Notes: a model not told the origin generated them from the sequence alone. Counted from the stretch's first letter, positions 1 through 16,054 are shown. The stretch is 64,000 nucleotides of DNA from Octopus vulgaris (GCA_951406725.2 OX597831.1:31186001-31250000), one strand, 5' to 3'. Made by a program: numbers and translations.

Positions 1-1114
1 CCTGTTTGATGAGTCTATTCATATTGAGTCTCACGACATGTCCCAGCCAAATCAGTCGGCGCTTCAAATGGTCGTGAACATTAGACGTTGGTCTGCTCGT
101 CTACTTACCTCGTTGCAGATAAAATCGTTCCATATGATGCTAAGTATTTTCCGGAGACATTGGCTGTCAATAGCGTCCGGTTTCTTTTATTGGCTGGTTT
201 TCAGTCTCGTAGTACTTATAATAAGTCAAAGATGCTTCCCCTTTTCTTCTGACTAATCCATAAAAACAAACAAAAAGCAAGAAATGTACAAAATTTTGGT
301 ATGCTTCAGGTAAATAAGTTACATACAGATGTTACAGAAATGTGATGTAACAGAGCAAATCTGAGGCCAGTTTTGGAATCGGCACACTAAAAAATTAGTC
401 TAAAACAGCTCTAAGATTTTATGCCACAAACTAAAAGTTTTATTTTGTAGACCAGTGTTATCTTTGTCACTATTATGTTTTATTTATAATTTGTAGCTAG
501 ACGTAAGTTCTGTAAAGTTAAGATAGGTTAAACTCCGGTTTTTTTGCCCAGTGTTTTTGTACCGTTGTTGGTTTTTCACCTTGACTTATCCTCGTCAAAT
601 CCTACAGGATGCAGTTATCTGCCATTTTTCACTTTTATTACATCTTGCAATTTTGTTTTGATCGTGGTTTTTGTTTTCTTTCACCTCTTCTTAAGTTTTG
701 TCCTTATCTGAATCTTCTTCGGCGTAGTTAACTTTTAGATTAGCTTCTAGTTTGTATACAACCTCTTTCTTATATGTTTCTTTTACTTGTTTCAGTCATT
801 GGACTGTGGGGCCATACCGGGGCACCGCCTTGAAAACAAAAGTTCTACCCTGGGTGAGGCACGGACTAACAACCTTCCCATACTCCAACTTGTGAATGAC
901 ACACTACGAGTACTATCTATAAGTAGAGCATTTTAATCATTTTTCTCCTTGTTTTCTTATTTAAGACAATCGCTTTCTTTGGTTGCTACTAAGCATTTCT
1001 AGTCGTACCGCTGTTACTTTGTAGTAGTTCTCTATATGTATTTTTCTATCATCCGCACTCTCTATGTGTGTGGGATGGGTATGTTATATCAACATTAGTT
1101 GTATAAATAGTCTT

Positions 1115-1540
1115 AGGAGTCGCTGTGGTAAGAAGTTCGCTTCCCCACCACATGGTTCCAGGTTCAATCCCGCCGCTTGGCACCTTAAGCAAAGTGTCTT
1201 TCATTATCGCCACGGGCCGACGAAAGCTTTGTGAGTGGATTTGGTAGAGGAAAAGTGAAAGAAGCCTGTCGTATAAATATTTAACTGTGTCTTTGTGTCT
1301 GTGTTTGTTCCGCACTACCGCTTGACAACCGTTGTTGGTGTGTTTACGACACCCGACACCCCCCCACCCCCACCACCACCACCATCACCGTAACTTACCG
1401 GCTCGGTAATAGAGACTGATAGAATGAATATCAGGCTTTAAAAACTAAAAGTACTGAGGTCGATTCATTCGACCAAAATTCCTCAAGGTGGTGCCCCAGC
1501 AAGGCCGCAGTCTAATGACTAAAGCAAATGAATGATAAAG
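1115..1540 (+). mobile_element. tRNA-derived SINE, family A
   Basis: A/B-box head (GTGGTAAG..GGTTCAATCC), body GTGAGTGGATTTGGTAGA and tail GGCCGCAGTC..ATGACT, shared with other copies. Confidence 0.8.
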
Positions 1541-2266
1541 ATGGAATATTTGCCCTGAGGCGGAAACTTCCAAACGTTGTTAGTAGGTGCCTTCTTTTAA
1601 TTAATTTTCTTTCTTTCTCTCAAAACTCTTCTGTTCATTTCTCATCCAATTATTATGTTCAAGTTTTATTTCATAAATTGGATAACTAGTATATTTATAC
1701 TTTTTATCTTTTTTCCTATCGTTTCTGTTATCTTCCCCCGAAATTGCTGGCCTTGTGCCAAAATTTGAAACCATTATTACCTTGAGGCTTCAGTAGTATT
1801 TTCTTTTAATTTTTACTTTCATTTGTGTATTGTATCTTATAAACTGCATCAGCTCCTAAGTATTTCTTTGGCTCGTTCCGCTCTAATTCCCAGATTTCTC
1901 TGTCTGTGTTTCGCTTAATGTCGGCAATTAAAGTTAATTTGCCTCTTAATATAGTACTTCTAGCACATTTATTGCATCAAATACTCATGTTTATGTCTTG
2001 GCTAAATTTATCACCTGTTTTATTAGGTTTATTAAATAGGTTTCATCCTGTCTAAATATTCATCAGTCATCAAGAGATATTTTTATAGTTTGCCTGTAGA
2101 TTTTATAACCATGGACGAAAAGCTCTAACTAAATAATATACAGTAGTTACTGCTCTTTACATATTGTTTCCAATTCCACCGAGATCGACTTTGTTTTCAT
2201 TATTTCGGGGTCGATAAAAAGATAACAGTTGGACTCTGGAATCGATATATATTATCATCATCATCA

Positions 2267-3693
<1,427 letters not shown>

Positions 3694-3710
3694 TATTATT
3701 ATTATTATTA

Positions 3711-3746
<36 letters not shown>

Positions 3747-3747
<1 letters not shown>

Positions 3748-6700
3748 TTTTTTTTCTTCTTTCAAATTTTCTTCCATTTCTTGCCGAGTGTCTTCCCGAC
3801 TCCTAGGGCAAAGAAACTCATAGTGTATATTGGTAGGCCATTAAACCAAACTCAGTAGTTCGTTCATTTTTTTTTTTTTTTTTTTTTAAAGTTAAATTAA
3901 AATACATGAGCAGCAACAGTTCTCACATCGACAATGCTCTTCTCAATACGTGTGATGTACCAGTTAAGACAATCTTTTGCACTTCTTGCAGGGATGGTAA
4001 GCCAGGGATCATTCTCATATAATTTTCGGTTCCCTTCTTGATCATTCCTAGTGCTCCTACGATCACTGGTATTGTAACCGCCTTGAGATGCCACATTTTC
4101 TCAATTTCAATGAGTAGGTCTTTATATTTTCTGAGCTTGTCAAACTCTTTCGCTGAGATATTATGATCACAGGGGATGCTCATGTCGATCAATAAGCAAA
4201 CTTTATTGTTTTGGTCTTTCACAACAATATCTGGTTTATTGGCCTTGATGGTTCGGTCTGTATGTACTGGAAAGTCCCACAGAATGGTTACATTTTCTCC
4301 TTCAGTTACAGCCTCAGGGTGGTGATTATACCACTTGTCGGCAGTTTTGATATTGTAATGCCGACTTATTAGCCAGTGGAGATATTGGCCAACTCTGTCG
4401 TGTCTTAATTTATACTCCACTGGTGCTAAGACTTTACATCCAGAGATTAGGTGGTCCACTGTTTCAATCATGTCGTTGCAGAATCGGCATTTTGGGTCTG
4501 CTCCATTTTTCATCACATTGGCCTGGTAGTTCCGGGTTAATAGGCTTTGGTCTTGAGCAGCCAGGATGAAACCTTCGCTCTCTGCTTTTAGCCCTGAGCT
4601 CCGCAGCCACTGATGGGTTTGCTTCTGGTCAACATCAGCTTGTTTGCTGCGGGTCACATATTTGCCGTGCAGAGGTTTCTTCTCCCACCTCTCAGCCAAT
4701 TGCTCGTGCGCTTTTTTCATTGCCATCATTTTCACCTTCTTTGCAACAATAGTTGCCGTACTTCCCTCGGGTTGTTCAGTTTGGGTATCCTGCACGAGAT
4801 CAATAGCAAATTTTTTGCTTTCCTTGATGATAGAATGAAGCTTCTTTCGTCTCTCGTGATTTTCCACGAGCTTTAGCATCCAGTCATTCGATATTTCGAG
4901 ATATTTGGCCAGTCCAATTGTGGCTGTTTTGTAAGCTAGTTCAAATTGGATCAGGCCTCGACCTCCTTGGGCTCTGGGAAGGTAAAGGCGATCTACGTCT
5001 GCCTTTGGGTGGTGCATCCTATTACAACTCAGCAGCTTGCGTATTTTTCTATCTATATTCTTTACTTCACTCATATTCCAGTTCAACACATTGTAGCTAT
5101 AAGTAACAACTGGAACTGCTAAGGAATTTATAGCTAACACCTTGTTACGTGCATTTAGTTCAGATTTCAGGACTGCACGAACTCTCCTATAACATTCCTT
5201 CCTGATTTTCTCTTTCATGCTTGCATGCTGAATACCAGAGCCTTCATTTATCCCTAAATATTTGTATGTCTGTTCTTGCTCAAGCTCTCTTATGACTGTG
5301 TCAACATCTAACACGACTGAATTTGTGGTCTTCACTTTCCCTTTCTGGAAAGTGGCCTTGGCACACTTCTCAAGTCCAAACTCCATCCCGATGTCATCGC
5401 TGAATGCTTTCACGGTGCGCAATAGGCCTTCAAGTTCATTATTGTCTTTACCATAAAGTTTTAAGTCATCCATATAAAATAGATGGCTTATTTTTTTATT
5501 AGCAATTTTATACCCATACCCTGTTCTGTTTAATTCACTTGTAAGGGGTATTAGGGCTATGCAGAATATTAAAGGTGAAAGTGAGTCACCTTGAAAAATT
5601 CCACAGTTGATGTTTATATTTTCTGAGGCAAGTACTCCATTAGAGTGGTATAATTGGAGATTCGTATTCCACAACGACATATTGTGCTTCAGGAAGTTTG
5701 AAATCACAGGGGAAATTTTAAAGATGTCCAGCGATCTCAAGATCCATGGATGCGGTATACTGTCGAAGGCCTTTTTATAGTCAATCCATGCGGTGCTGAG
5801 ATTTCTGCGCTTGTTGTGACAGTTCTCAAGGATCATACGATTGATTAGCAGTTGATCTTTGCATCCGTAAGAGCCTCAGCGGCACCCTTTTTGTTCAATG
5901 GGGAAAATATCGTTCTTCTCCATGAATGCATATCTTTTCTCCGCCAGGATAGATGTTAGGATTTTATACGTGGTGGATAGACAGGTTATAGGCCGATAGT
6001 TTTTTGGAAGGTTGGTTTCGTTATTCTTTGGGAGTAGGTAAGTAATGCCACTTGCTAACCATTCAGGTGTTTTCTTTGGGTCTCTCAAAATTCCATTGAG
6101 CAGCTGAACTAGCTTGTCGTGTGCGCACGGGAGCGATGCGAGCCAGAAATTCGGCACCCTATCTTTACCGGGGGATTTCCAATTATGGGCCTTCGTGAGT
6201 GCCTTTCTTAGGTCTGCTATTGTGATGTCTTCCCATGCTTGTTGTTGTAAATTTTGGTAGGATCCTTCAGTTTGTATAATCCAGTCTGCATTTATGTTGT
6301 ACGTCTTCTTGTCACTCCAAATCCTTTCCCAAAAGTTTTGAACTTCTTCCATGGGAGGGGGGTCTTTAACGGTTACTTTCTCCTTCCCTATTTCTCTGTA
6401 GAATTTTTTGGCATTGGATGTGAACAGCTTATTTTGCTTGTAAAACTTGTTTCTCTTCTCAAATCTTCGTATTCTTTGGGCTTTTGCTTGGACTTTTTGT
6501 TTCAGCGTTTCTTTTATTGATATCAGTTCTTCTCTAGGTGAGGATCCAAATTTTCTCTTCATCTTTCTTCCTGTTCTGGATCTTACATCATTTCCACATA
6601 TTAGTTCATTTAATATTGATATTTCCCCTCTCATAAATTCAATCTCTTTTTCAATTTTATTTCTCCAGGTTTGATTTCTTCCCAGGTTTTGTTTTCTTTG

Positions 6701-8092
6701 TTTTTTCGGGGGCATACAGCTGGTTTCAATTGCCCTAGCAGAAGCGTAAATAATTTCATTTAACTCAGTAAAATCAGGTTTTAATTCTCGTATTATTTCA
6801 TTTGCTACATAGTTGCCAATTTGGATTTGTTTTTTATTTTGGTTTGTATTTGAGAGTTTATGAAGCGGTTCTCTATCATTCATACTTGTATGTCTTACAA
6901 CTTCAAGCGTATTCAGGATTTTCTGCCTCATTTCTGCCATAGACTCTCTGTGTTCTTCAGCAAATGCGAGATCTTCAGTTACTGTTGTTTTTTCGTTTTC
7001 CTGGCTATCTTTAACAGGTACAATAGAATTTCTTGTATCTTCAGGCCTTTGCGTACTTTGGTCAGATGGCAGTCTTTCAATTAAGCCTCGTGGCGGGCTA
7101 TACTGTTCATCTGATTCTTCATTTCCTTTGTGTCTTATATTTATGTCATTTTCCGTTGCGTGCTTGATCGCACTTATTTCACTGTCTGTGAGTCTGTTAT
7201 TTCTAAAGATATCCCTCCTCACATTTGCTAATTTGTTCTCGTCCAAATAGGGCCTACTGTCTTGATTCCGTGTTCTCCATATACTGTAAGAGTTTGCGGT
7301 GTGTCTCTCTTGAGATGGCCTACCTAATGCATAGTAATAAGCGTATATTACTTCTTTATACTCTTCTCGGGTCCATTTGTTCCGCTTACATTTTTCTTTC
7401 TGTGGTGGTTGTGGTGGTGAACTTGGAGGGCTCGAGTTGGGGGATTTCCCGTTCAAGTGACCATCCATGTCCGTATTCGGAGAAGAGTTTGTGCCAGTTG
7501 ATGACTTTTCGATCCCAGGCTTGCTCTTCCCTGGGGGACGCGCTTCCAGATTAACCATAGGACAAGCGATTTGGTATACTGATTTAGTTTTCCTTTTAGT
7601 TTCCAAAAACATTTTGGTGCTACGATAATGTTATCATTTTTTAGCTTTGACTGGCTCGTGGGGAGACGGCCATCATTGCCGTTACAATTATAATCGTACC
7701 ATTATAGCAGCCGTAGTCGGCTTATTATTGTTATTATCTTCACCATTACCATCACTATCATCATTATCACCACCATTACCATCATCATTATCATCATCAC
7801 CATCACCATCACCATCACCACCATCATCATCAATGATATTGTTTTATGTGTAGTCACAGCAGTATCTTATTATTGTCATTTTTGTTTTTTTATCATTATC
7901 ACCATCACAGTAGTGTCTGTCTGTCTCGTTGGCTGGCTTGGTGGTTGGCTGGCTGACTGTCTTCAATGCCAGAGTTCTTGCCTGTCAAATAATACTTTCA
8001 TATTTGGTTAACAATAGAGCCGAGGTGAGGTTTGTGTGTGTGTGTGTAGATAGATAGATAGAATATCAGCACTATTACTATCTTTTTTTTTC

Positions 8093-8100
<8 letters not shown>
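3747..8100 (-). mobile_element. Near full-length R4/Dong-clade RLE non-LTR retrotransposon inserted in (TAA)n
   Basis: RT, CCHC and RLE coding region at 3923-7612. The 3' UTR ends ...CCCTAGGAGTCGGGAAGACACTCGG...A-rich, then (TAA)n at 3694-3746. The putative 5' UTR runs up to (TAA)n at 8100-8157; the 5' boundary is inferred. Confidence 0.9.
3923..7612 (-). pseudogene. RT-RLE polyprotein (~1229 codons) with one in-frame premature TGA at 5876-5878
   Basis: The 578-aa and 637-aa ORFs are in the same frame (EQKGCR*GSYGCKDQLLINRMILENC). RT motifs: KSPGKD, YRPITCL, WIDYKKAFDS, GIFQGDSLSP, YMDDLKLY, YKYLG. Zinc knuckle CRFC..ETVDHLISGC, then RHD. RLE motifs KPDIVV..LIDMSIP and KYKDL. Confidence 0.93.
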
Positions 8101-8157
<57 letters not shown>

Positions 8158-8646
8158 GAGTGAGAGCGCAGTGCATACCATCAAAGTGACACTGGGGTAA
8201 AATATACGAAGCCCAGTATACCCATCATGACTACCCACTGATAAGGGTACACTAGGCACATGCATCACAACCATATATGCGCGACATGGTGATCTCATAT
8301 CAAGATAAACAGCACATGACCTTGCAGGTGGGGCCCAGTTAGAATTTTCTTCTGGTCGAGTAACCCATCCCGCTCAAGAGGTCCTTGAATAAGAGTTGTT
8401 TAAGGATGTTGAACGAAACACCCAAGTTTCCAGAGGTGAATTATTCAAGCCCCAAAGAATCCCTCTCAACACATGTCTATGATGCTCCCCCACTACTTCT
8501 GCTCGTGATCAGAGATGCACATATCGTGAGCCACTAAGGGACATGCTCAAGTGGTTAAGGTCAAACAACTGACAAGCAAGTCTGTGGTATTGAGCAGAAT
8601 ATTTGCTGTAGCCCATTTTTTATACCAAGACAAAACAATGTACATG
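8158..8646 (-). mobile_element. Non-coding (TAA)-tailed interspersed repeat, 5'-truncated copy
   Basis: Highly similar to 11992-12486. Both copies end ...CTCTCACTC(AAT)n on the minus strand. Confidence 0.85.
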
Positions 8647-8675
8647 CTTTATTATTATTATTGTTGTTGTTGTTG

Positions 8676-8746
<71 letters not shown>

Positions 8747-9310
8747 TGACGAAAACTCGCAGCTTATTTTGCTGGGCATGGTGGAAAATATCAGCTGTCT
8801 ACAGCCAGCAGATTAAGGTGGTACTTGTTTACTGATCATGCTTCAAGAACCCTGCAGGCAAACTCTTGCAGTTCCAAGCAATGATGATTTTTGTTGGTGC
8901 TCTATCTTTCTGTTTGTATCGTTCTTTTTGAGGCATGTCGGTAGTTGAGTGTTGATACTTCCTAGCCCGCCAATTACTATTGCTATCACATCCACTCTCT
9001 TCATTGCTCACAACCTGCGCATTTCCCACTTCAAATCGTAGTAGATTTATTCCTTTACTTTCTTTTACTTGTTTCCGTCATTTGATTGGGGCCATGCTGG
9101 TACTCCACCTTACTTTTTCTTCTTCTTTCTCTTGAATCTATTGTAACCAGGATATGCAATGTCGATTATCATGCAAGTGTTTTTCTTTTTATCTTACTAC
9201 GACAATATCAGGTTTCCGATGCCTGATCTGATGTCACACTGAATCATTACGTCTCACAGGATTTTGCAGTCTTCATTTGGTAACTTCTTCTCAGATTTGG
9301 TCATACCACG
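8747..9310 (-). mobile_element. 3' fragment of the same R4/Dong family as 2373-3693
   Basis: Its 3' end aligns by eye with 2374-2830 (GAAAACTC..CAGCTGTC.ACAGCCAGCAGA..CATGCTTC..TTGCAGTTCCAAGCAATG). Flanked by (TAA)n. Confidence 0.85.
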
Positions 9311-9325
9311 TTTATTATTATTATT

Positions 9326-10950
9326 TCATATACGCACAACAGAAAAGATTGTCGGAAAAGAAAAATTCCTAACATCGGGCTACAACAAGTAACCTTAAAT
9401 ACTAAGAACCCTCCTAAGTATTCTAGCTGTCCCTAATAACACTGTTTTCTGCAGCTGTACTAAACTAGGTTTTATGCCAGTTTCCTCAACCCACCTGTTC
9501 AAATATTCAGGGATATTTGAACCTACAACTACAGGGAATCATTTTACCCGCATTTTCCATTGTCTCTGTTAATCAATGGCTAGGTCCTGGTATTTTGCTG
9601 TTTTCTCTATACCTCTCATATTGACTATCTCATCATTTGGGACTGTAAAGTCAATTTTGTAGCACTTTCTTTTCTCTTTGTCTGCTACTACTAATCTGTC
9701 CGTCTCAATGTTAAATTCCCACAACATATTTCTTACTTTCCAGTACTTTACTAGGTTCATGTTCATATAATTTATCAGTATAGTCAGTATGGTCAAATCC
9801 TAGCTTTCTACATAACTCCCAGTGGATTACTCTCCCTAGGTTGTCAAGTCTTTTCTTTTATTCTTCCAGTACCAGCATGCTACATTCACTTACTATATGA
9901 GTAACGCTTTCCTCTTTTGAGTTACATAACCTTCATTGGGAATCTACTTGGTTTTTATCTATCTTGGATTTATCTAATTAGTCCTTAATGTTTGATCTTC
10001 TCTAACTCCACGCAGTTCTACTGATATTAAACCTCTTCTACCTTCCTTTCTAGGTAAGTATAATCTTTCTACTCCTGCTCTTGGTTGAAGTCCTCCATAC
10101 ATATTGAATTCCTTCCTAGTTTTCCTGTCTAGATTTGCTAAATCAGATTTTGTCCAATCTCCAAAAGCTGCTGTGTATATAAGTAACGACCCTGTAAGTA
10201 TTTACAGCCTTCATAAGATTCCGACCATCTAGCTTTGACTTCATTAGCTTCCTCAGCCTTCTGATGTACTCCTCAATTTTTGTTTTTATTTCTATAGTTA
10301 GTACTCTATCAGATTCTAATACCCCTAGATACTTGTAACTCTCTCCTTCTTTCAGTGTTATTAATGTCTGGCCAGCTGGTAATTGGATACCTTCACTGGA
10401 GATGACTACCTGTCTCTTTTTCATGACTAATATTGTACACTCATCTATGCCAAATTCCATGCCTATATCTTTGCTGAAGAGTACTAGTTTGTATTAAGGA
10501 ATATATCTCTATTTCATACTCATTAAAAAGCTTCAGATCAGCCATGGAGAGCAAATGGCTAATTTTTCCCTTACTATTTCTGAACTGATATCCTCCCTTT
10601 GCCTTCCTTAATACTAAAGTGAAGGGAATTAAACATAAGACACATATTAAAGGAGGATAGAGGATCGCCTTGGAAAATTCTTCTCTCGATATTAACTTTT
10701 TCAAACGCTGTATCACCTGAATAGAGATCTACATTCGATTTCTTCATGCTAAAGCTAGTTAATTCCCTTATGTTGTATGCAATACTGAATATACTCAGAC
10801 ATTCACTTATGCATGAGTAGGGAATCATATCATAGGCTTTCTTATAATCTATCCATGCTATTGTTAATCTTTTCTTTCTAGATTTTACTTCAATTAGAAC
10901 TGCTTTGTCTATGTATAATAAATCATGCGTTCTTCTAGCCTTCTTCGCAT
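9326..10950 (-). mobile_element. Decayed R4/Dong-like element (third family)
   Basis: Fragmented ORFs containing AWIDYKKAYD, IFQGDPLS, MEFGIDEC, YKYLGVLE, LWEFNIETD and KYQDLA. Short (TAA)n at the 3' end. Confidence 0.85.
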
Positions 10951-11904
10951 GAAGGTTGAAATTTTCATCGTTAGCATAATTTAAAATACTTGCTGAGAAA
11001 ATAGTGTTTATAAACTCGTGAATTAGAGAAGGAACAATTATATTTTCCAATCGTCTGCGGCTAGCTGACAAATAATATTTTATTAAAAATGTCAATAAAC
11101 CGAACGTTTGAAGACTGAAAAGCGTTGATGTTTTCCATTTTACTGGTAACACCAAAGCTGTCGTCTGAACTGAAAATGTTGCTTTCTAAAGCTATGAAAC
11201 TACTTTATTCGAAGTCTTTTTGAAGAAATAAAATAAGCAAATCCATAAGTGATAAGTCTGATGACACCAATAAGAAAAAGGCACGGCTATAAACAACAAC
11301 AACAACAACAGCAACAACAATAACAGCAGCAACAACCACAACAACAACGATAGCATCAACGGCAATAAGAAAGGCCTTAAGACCACCAGTTACCACAACA
11401 GCAGAAGCAAAAGACAAACAGCAGTGGCCATAACAACAAAAACAGGAAGAAAGGTAATTCTATGGAAGATGTAAAAGATAAAAATGTCAATATCGACAAG
11501 ACCAACACGAACATTTTTGAAAATGTCAGCGAGAAGTTGATTTGAAAAAAAGTAATGTCATCACGATCAACAACAACATAAACAATGACAGCAACAATAA
11601 TAACAGTGACGAAAGCAACAAGAATAATGAAGAAACTCAACAACAACAACAACAATTACGTAAACAAAGATAAAATCAAGAAATATCTCATACGCAGGAG
11701 CCAACAGCATCTGGACTGAATTCCTGCCTCAGTTCAAAAATAAGTATGTAAGGCGGGTGAAGTCAGAGGTCTCACAGGGTCTCTTTCCGCAAATTATAAG
11801 CTTCGATACCCGGATGTCAACTGATCGTGGTTGACACTCAACATCCTAGCACCAATCTCAAAATCGTAGCTGTTCCAAATGGAGCAGTTATTATTATTAT
11901 TATT

Positions 11905-11943
<39 letters not shown>

Positions 11944-11991
11944 ATTGTTATTATTATTATTATTATTATCATCGTTATTATTATTATTATT

Positions 11992-12547
11992 GAGTGAGAG
12001 AGCAGCGTATGCCATCAAAGTGACGCTGGGATACAAATATACGAAGCCCAGTATACCCATCATGACTACCCGTATGATAAGGGTACACCAGGTACATGCA
12101 TCACAACCATATGTGCGCGACATGATGATCTCATATCAAGATGAAAAGCGCATGACCTTGCAGTTATGTGGGGCCCAGTTAGAATTTTCTTCTGATCGAG
12201 TAACCAATCCCACTCAAAAGGTCCCCGAATAAGGGTTGTTTAAGGATGTTGAACGAAACAACCAAGTTTCCAGAGGTAAATTATTCAAACCCCAAAGAAT
12301 TCTTCTCAATACATGACTATGATGCTCCCCAACTACTTTTGCTCGTGGTCAGAGATGCACATATCGTCAGCCACTAAGGGACACGGTCAACTGGTTAAGG
12401 TCAACCAACTGACAAGCAAATCTGTGGTATTGAACGGAATATTTGCTGTAGCCCATCTTTCATACCAAGATAAAACAATGTACATGAAAACACTTCCAAT
12501 CAGTTAAGATCAAAAACCATTATAGCCACTGCTTGGTACTGCATCAG

Positions 12548-12550
<3 letters not shown>
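11992..12550 (-). mobile_element. Non-coding (TAA)-tailed interspersed repeat, longer copy
   Basis: Homologous to 8158-8646; (TAA)n on both sides. Confidence 0.85.
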
Positions 12551-12616
<66 letters not shown>

Positions 12617-12661
12617 GTTATTATTGTTATTATTGTTATTATTGTTATTATTATTATTATT

Positions 12662-12753
<92 letters not shown>

Positions 12754-12780
12754 TATTATTATCATTATTATTATCATCAT
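12550..12780. repeat. (ATT)n/(ATC)n microsatellite
   Basis: Direct inspection. Many other (TA)n, (CA)n, (TATG)n, (GAA)n and (TAG)n tracts occur throughout (e.g. 19445, 25545, 32990, 33590, 36033, 39115, 49520, 62010, 62983). Confidence 0.95.
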
Positions 12781-13774
12781 CCTTCTTCATAAAAACCGGG
12801 ATCCAATCAAGTATCAGTGGAGCACTATGGTCGATCTAATCTACTAATCCATTCCCACCAAAATTTCTGAACAAGATCAACATTATTATTGTTGTTGTTG
12901 TTGTTGTTGTTGTTGTCATTGCTGGTTTTGTTTCTGTTGCCGTCATCGTCGTCATTGTTGTTCTTGGCTTCTGTTGAAAGGACTTCTTTTCAGAATGTTG
13001 CGATAGAATTTGATTTCTGCTAGCTTTACTTCGTGGAAACCTTTTTTTTTCTTATTTTAGACTATTTTCAAGCATGGACAACGGTGTTTGTCGCAACACC
13101 TTGAAGAAACAATTTTTTTTTTCATCGATTGGAATATTATTACTTTTTTTTTTTTTTTGGAAGTTGACACTTCTTTTTGAATATTACTTCTCATTCTAAA
13201 GCAGCAGTAATCATCTAAAAGTGAAATAAATAACTTAACTTTGGCGTTAAAAGAAAAAAGTTTATATAAAAAAAGAATAAGAAAATACACTTGATTAAGT
13301 AGATGACAACAACCAGTGTCACATTAAAAAAATATGCAATTTTAACATGTGAAAACATTAAGTTATATAACACAAACAAAGTTATTAACAACGACATTTA
13401 AGCTGCGGTTACTAAACAAGCAGAATTGATAGATCTTGCTTTGGTGACAGAAGTAAATATATATACGTTGTGGTACGTTGTATCAGTAAAAACGTATCAA
13501 TAAAAACGTAGCCAGGAGTATTTATTTTAAAAGGGACCAATAAGAGAAGTTGCATTTCTCTGCTTGATGAACGATAAAAGAAGAGTTTTTTTCAATTATC
13601 CTAAAAATAATAGTTGTAATAAAACCTGACCGATAAGTGAAATGATGTGATTTTCAACGTCGGAACAACGCATGTGGAAAGCGTGTTTGATCTTCAAGGT
13701 CGAGTGCAATTCGAGGCGACATTCTGAGCTGGTGTACAACAAAACTACCAGCCTTTAAGTGTGTGTTGCAATAT

Positions 13775-14147
13775 GGAAGTACTCCGTCGGTTACGACGAC
13801 GAGGGTTCCGGTTGATCCGATCAACGGAACAGCCTGCTCGTGAAATTAACGTGTGAGTGGCTGAGCACTCCACAGACACGTGTACCCTTAACGTAGTTTT
13901 CGGGGATATTCAGAGTGACAAGGCCGGCCTTTTGAAATACAGGTACAACAGAAACAGGAAGTAAGAGTGAGAGAAAGTTGTGATGAAAGAGTACAGCAGG
14001 GATCACCACCATCCCCTGCCGGAGCCTCGTGGAGCTTTTAGGTGTTTTCGCTCAATAAACACTCACAACGCCCGGTCTGGGAATCGAAACCGCGATCCTA
14101 CGACCGCGAGTCCGCTGCCCTAACCACTGGGCCATTGCGCCTCCACT
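13775..14147 (-). mobile_element. tRNA-derived SINE, family B, with 11-bp target-site duplication
   Basis: Head GTGGAGGCGCAATGGCCCAGTGGTTAGGGC..GGTTTCGATTCC. TGTTGCAATAT at 13764-13774 and 14148-14158. Confidence 0.9.
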
Positions 14148-15537
14148 TGTTGCAATATATGAGTTAGAGGAATACAAGGACACAATCAGAGGTATTGACA
14201 GCGACAATGGTTCCTGTCTTTTCGTTGCATATGAGGCAGATCTCGCATATGAGTGAGTTTCGAGGTAATTAAAACAGATATGTGGTCAATAGATATACAA
14301 GTCCTTATACAATCCGAAAGAAACACAGCCGTTTGGAAACTGTGATTCGTTATGATGACGGAAAGAAAGGCTATGAGACTGGTAACGCAGTGCAGAAGGC
14401 CCAGTTGCTCTACGTATAAAACTAGAAGGAGCTAGAAATGAAGTAAAGGATTGGAGTGGACAATAGCAACAGGAAACCAAGAAGTCCCTCTTTCGAGAGC
14501 ATCAGTAGCCTCTAATACTATAGTAGCAGAATACAGTCTTGGTATCAAGAGCCGATAATCAGAAAGAGAGAGGAAACAGTCCCACTAATACAATTATGTC
14601 ATCTTGTTAGGACAGAGGAGAGGTGAAAACTGGGGTGGAATATCAAATTGTCGTGGACAGCGTAAATAAAAATATCAAGAATATCAAACTGTCGTGGACA
14701 GTATAAATAAGAAAACAGAAAGAAGACTCAGAAGAGAGAGCCCAGACCAAAGACAAGAAAGACAAATGAAAAGGATCCTCTCTTCCCTTTGTGCAGAATA
14801 AATCTCATAACCTTTGGAACAATAAGAATGAACTAAGTCATGAGCTCCGATTAGAAACTATTTCAAAAACTAAACGAGCAGTTTATCATGTTCTATATGT
14901 GAACTTCCCAGAGATGCACACAGGCCACTTCGTGGGTGTCGGTTACTAATACCAGGAGCTGTACTAATACCAAGTTGTCAGAAACCATAGACATAAAGTG
15001 TTCTGATTCAGCCTAAATGGAAATTCACTTGTCACTGGTTATTCTGTGTTTTAGAAAAGAGAAAATTGTTCCTAGAAACATTATTCTGTTTTCTCTTTCC
15101 TTCGTAAAATAATAAAGTAAAGTATATCTTCATTTGTTTTTCGAGTCTATTTTAAATTGTTTGCTTTTCAACTTTATCTATTTTCACAAATAATTTTCAA
15201 TTATTTTTCTTTTTGTTTTTTTTTTCTACTAGCCAACAAATTTATCAATTTCTAAAAATATTCTTATTTGTTTTTATAGATTTATCAACTCATTGAAACT
15301 CCTCGGAATACTTCCCACTGTTGACTGAAAGGAAAATTCGGAACAGAGATATTTATGAATGTAAAGACAGCAAAATTACTGAAATTGAATTTTCAAATGA
15401 AATTAATAAAAATAGGTACTGAAAAAGAAACATAACGACATTTTTTCTAGAAAATATATCGCGAAGAAAGTCTTTAGAATCAATTCGTAAAGATCAGCAA
15501 TTTCGAAGATTAATCTTATAAAGTTATAGGAATAACC

Positions 15538-16054
<517 letters not shown>

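Noticed and set aside
2030-2070. CTGATGA..GAAAC on the minus strand
   Set aside because: Stems I-III are not convincingly paired.
5837-5878. Two-ORF or frameshift organisation of the LINE
   Set aside because: The ORFs are in the same frame, separated by one stop codon.
14150-14820. Possible solo LTR (TATAAAA, AATAAA)
   Set aside because: No definable TG..CA ends, TSD or PBS.
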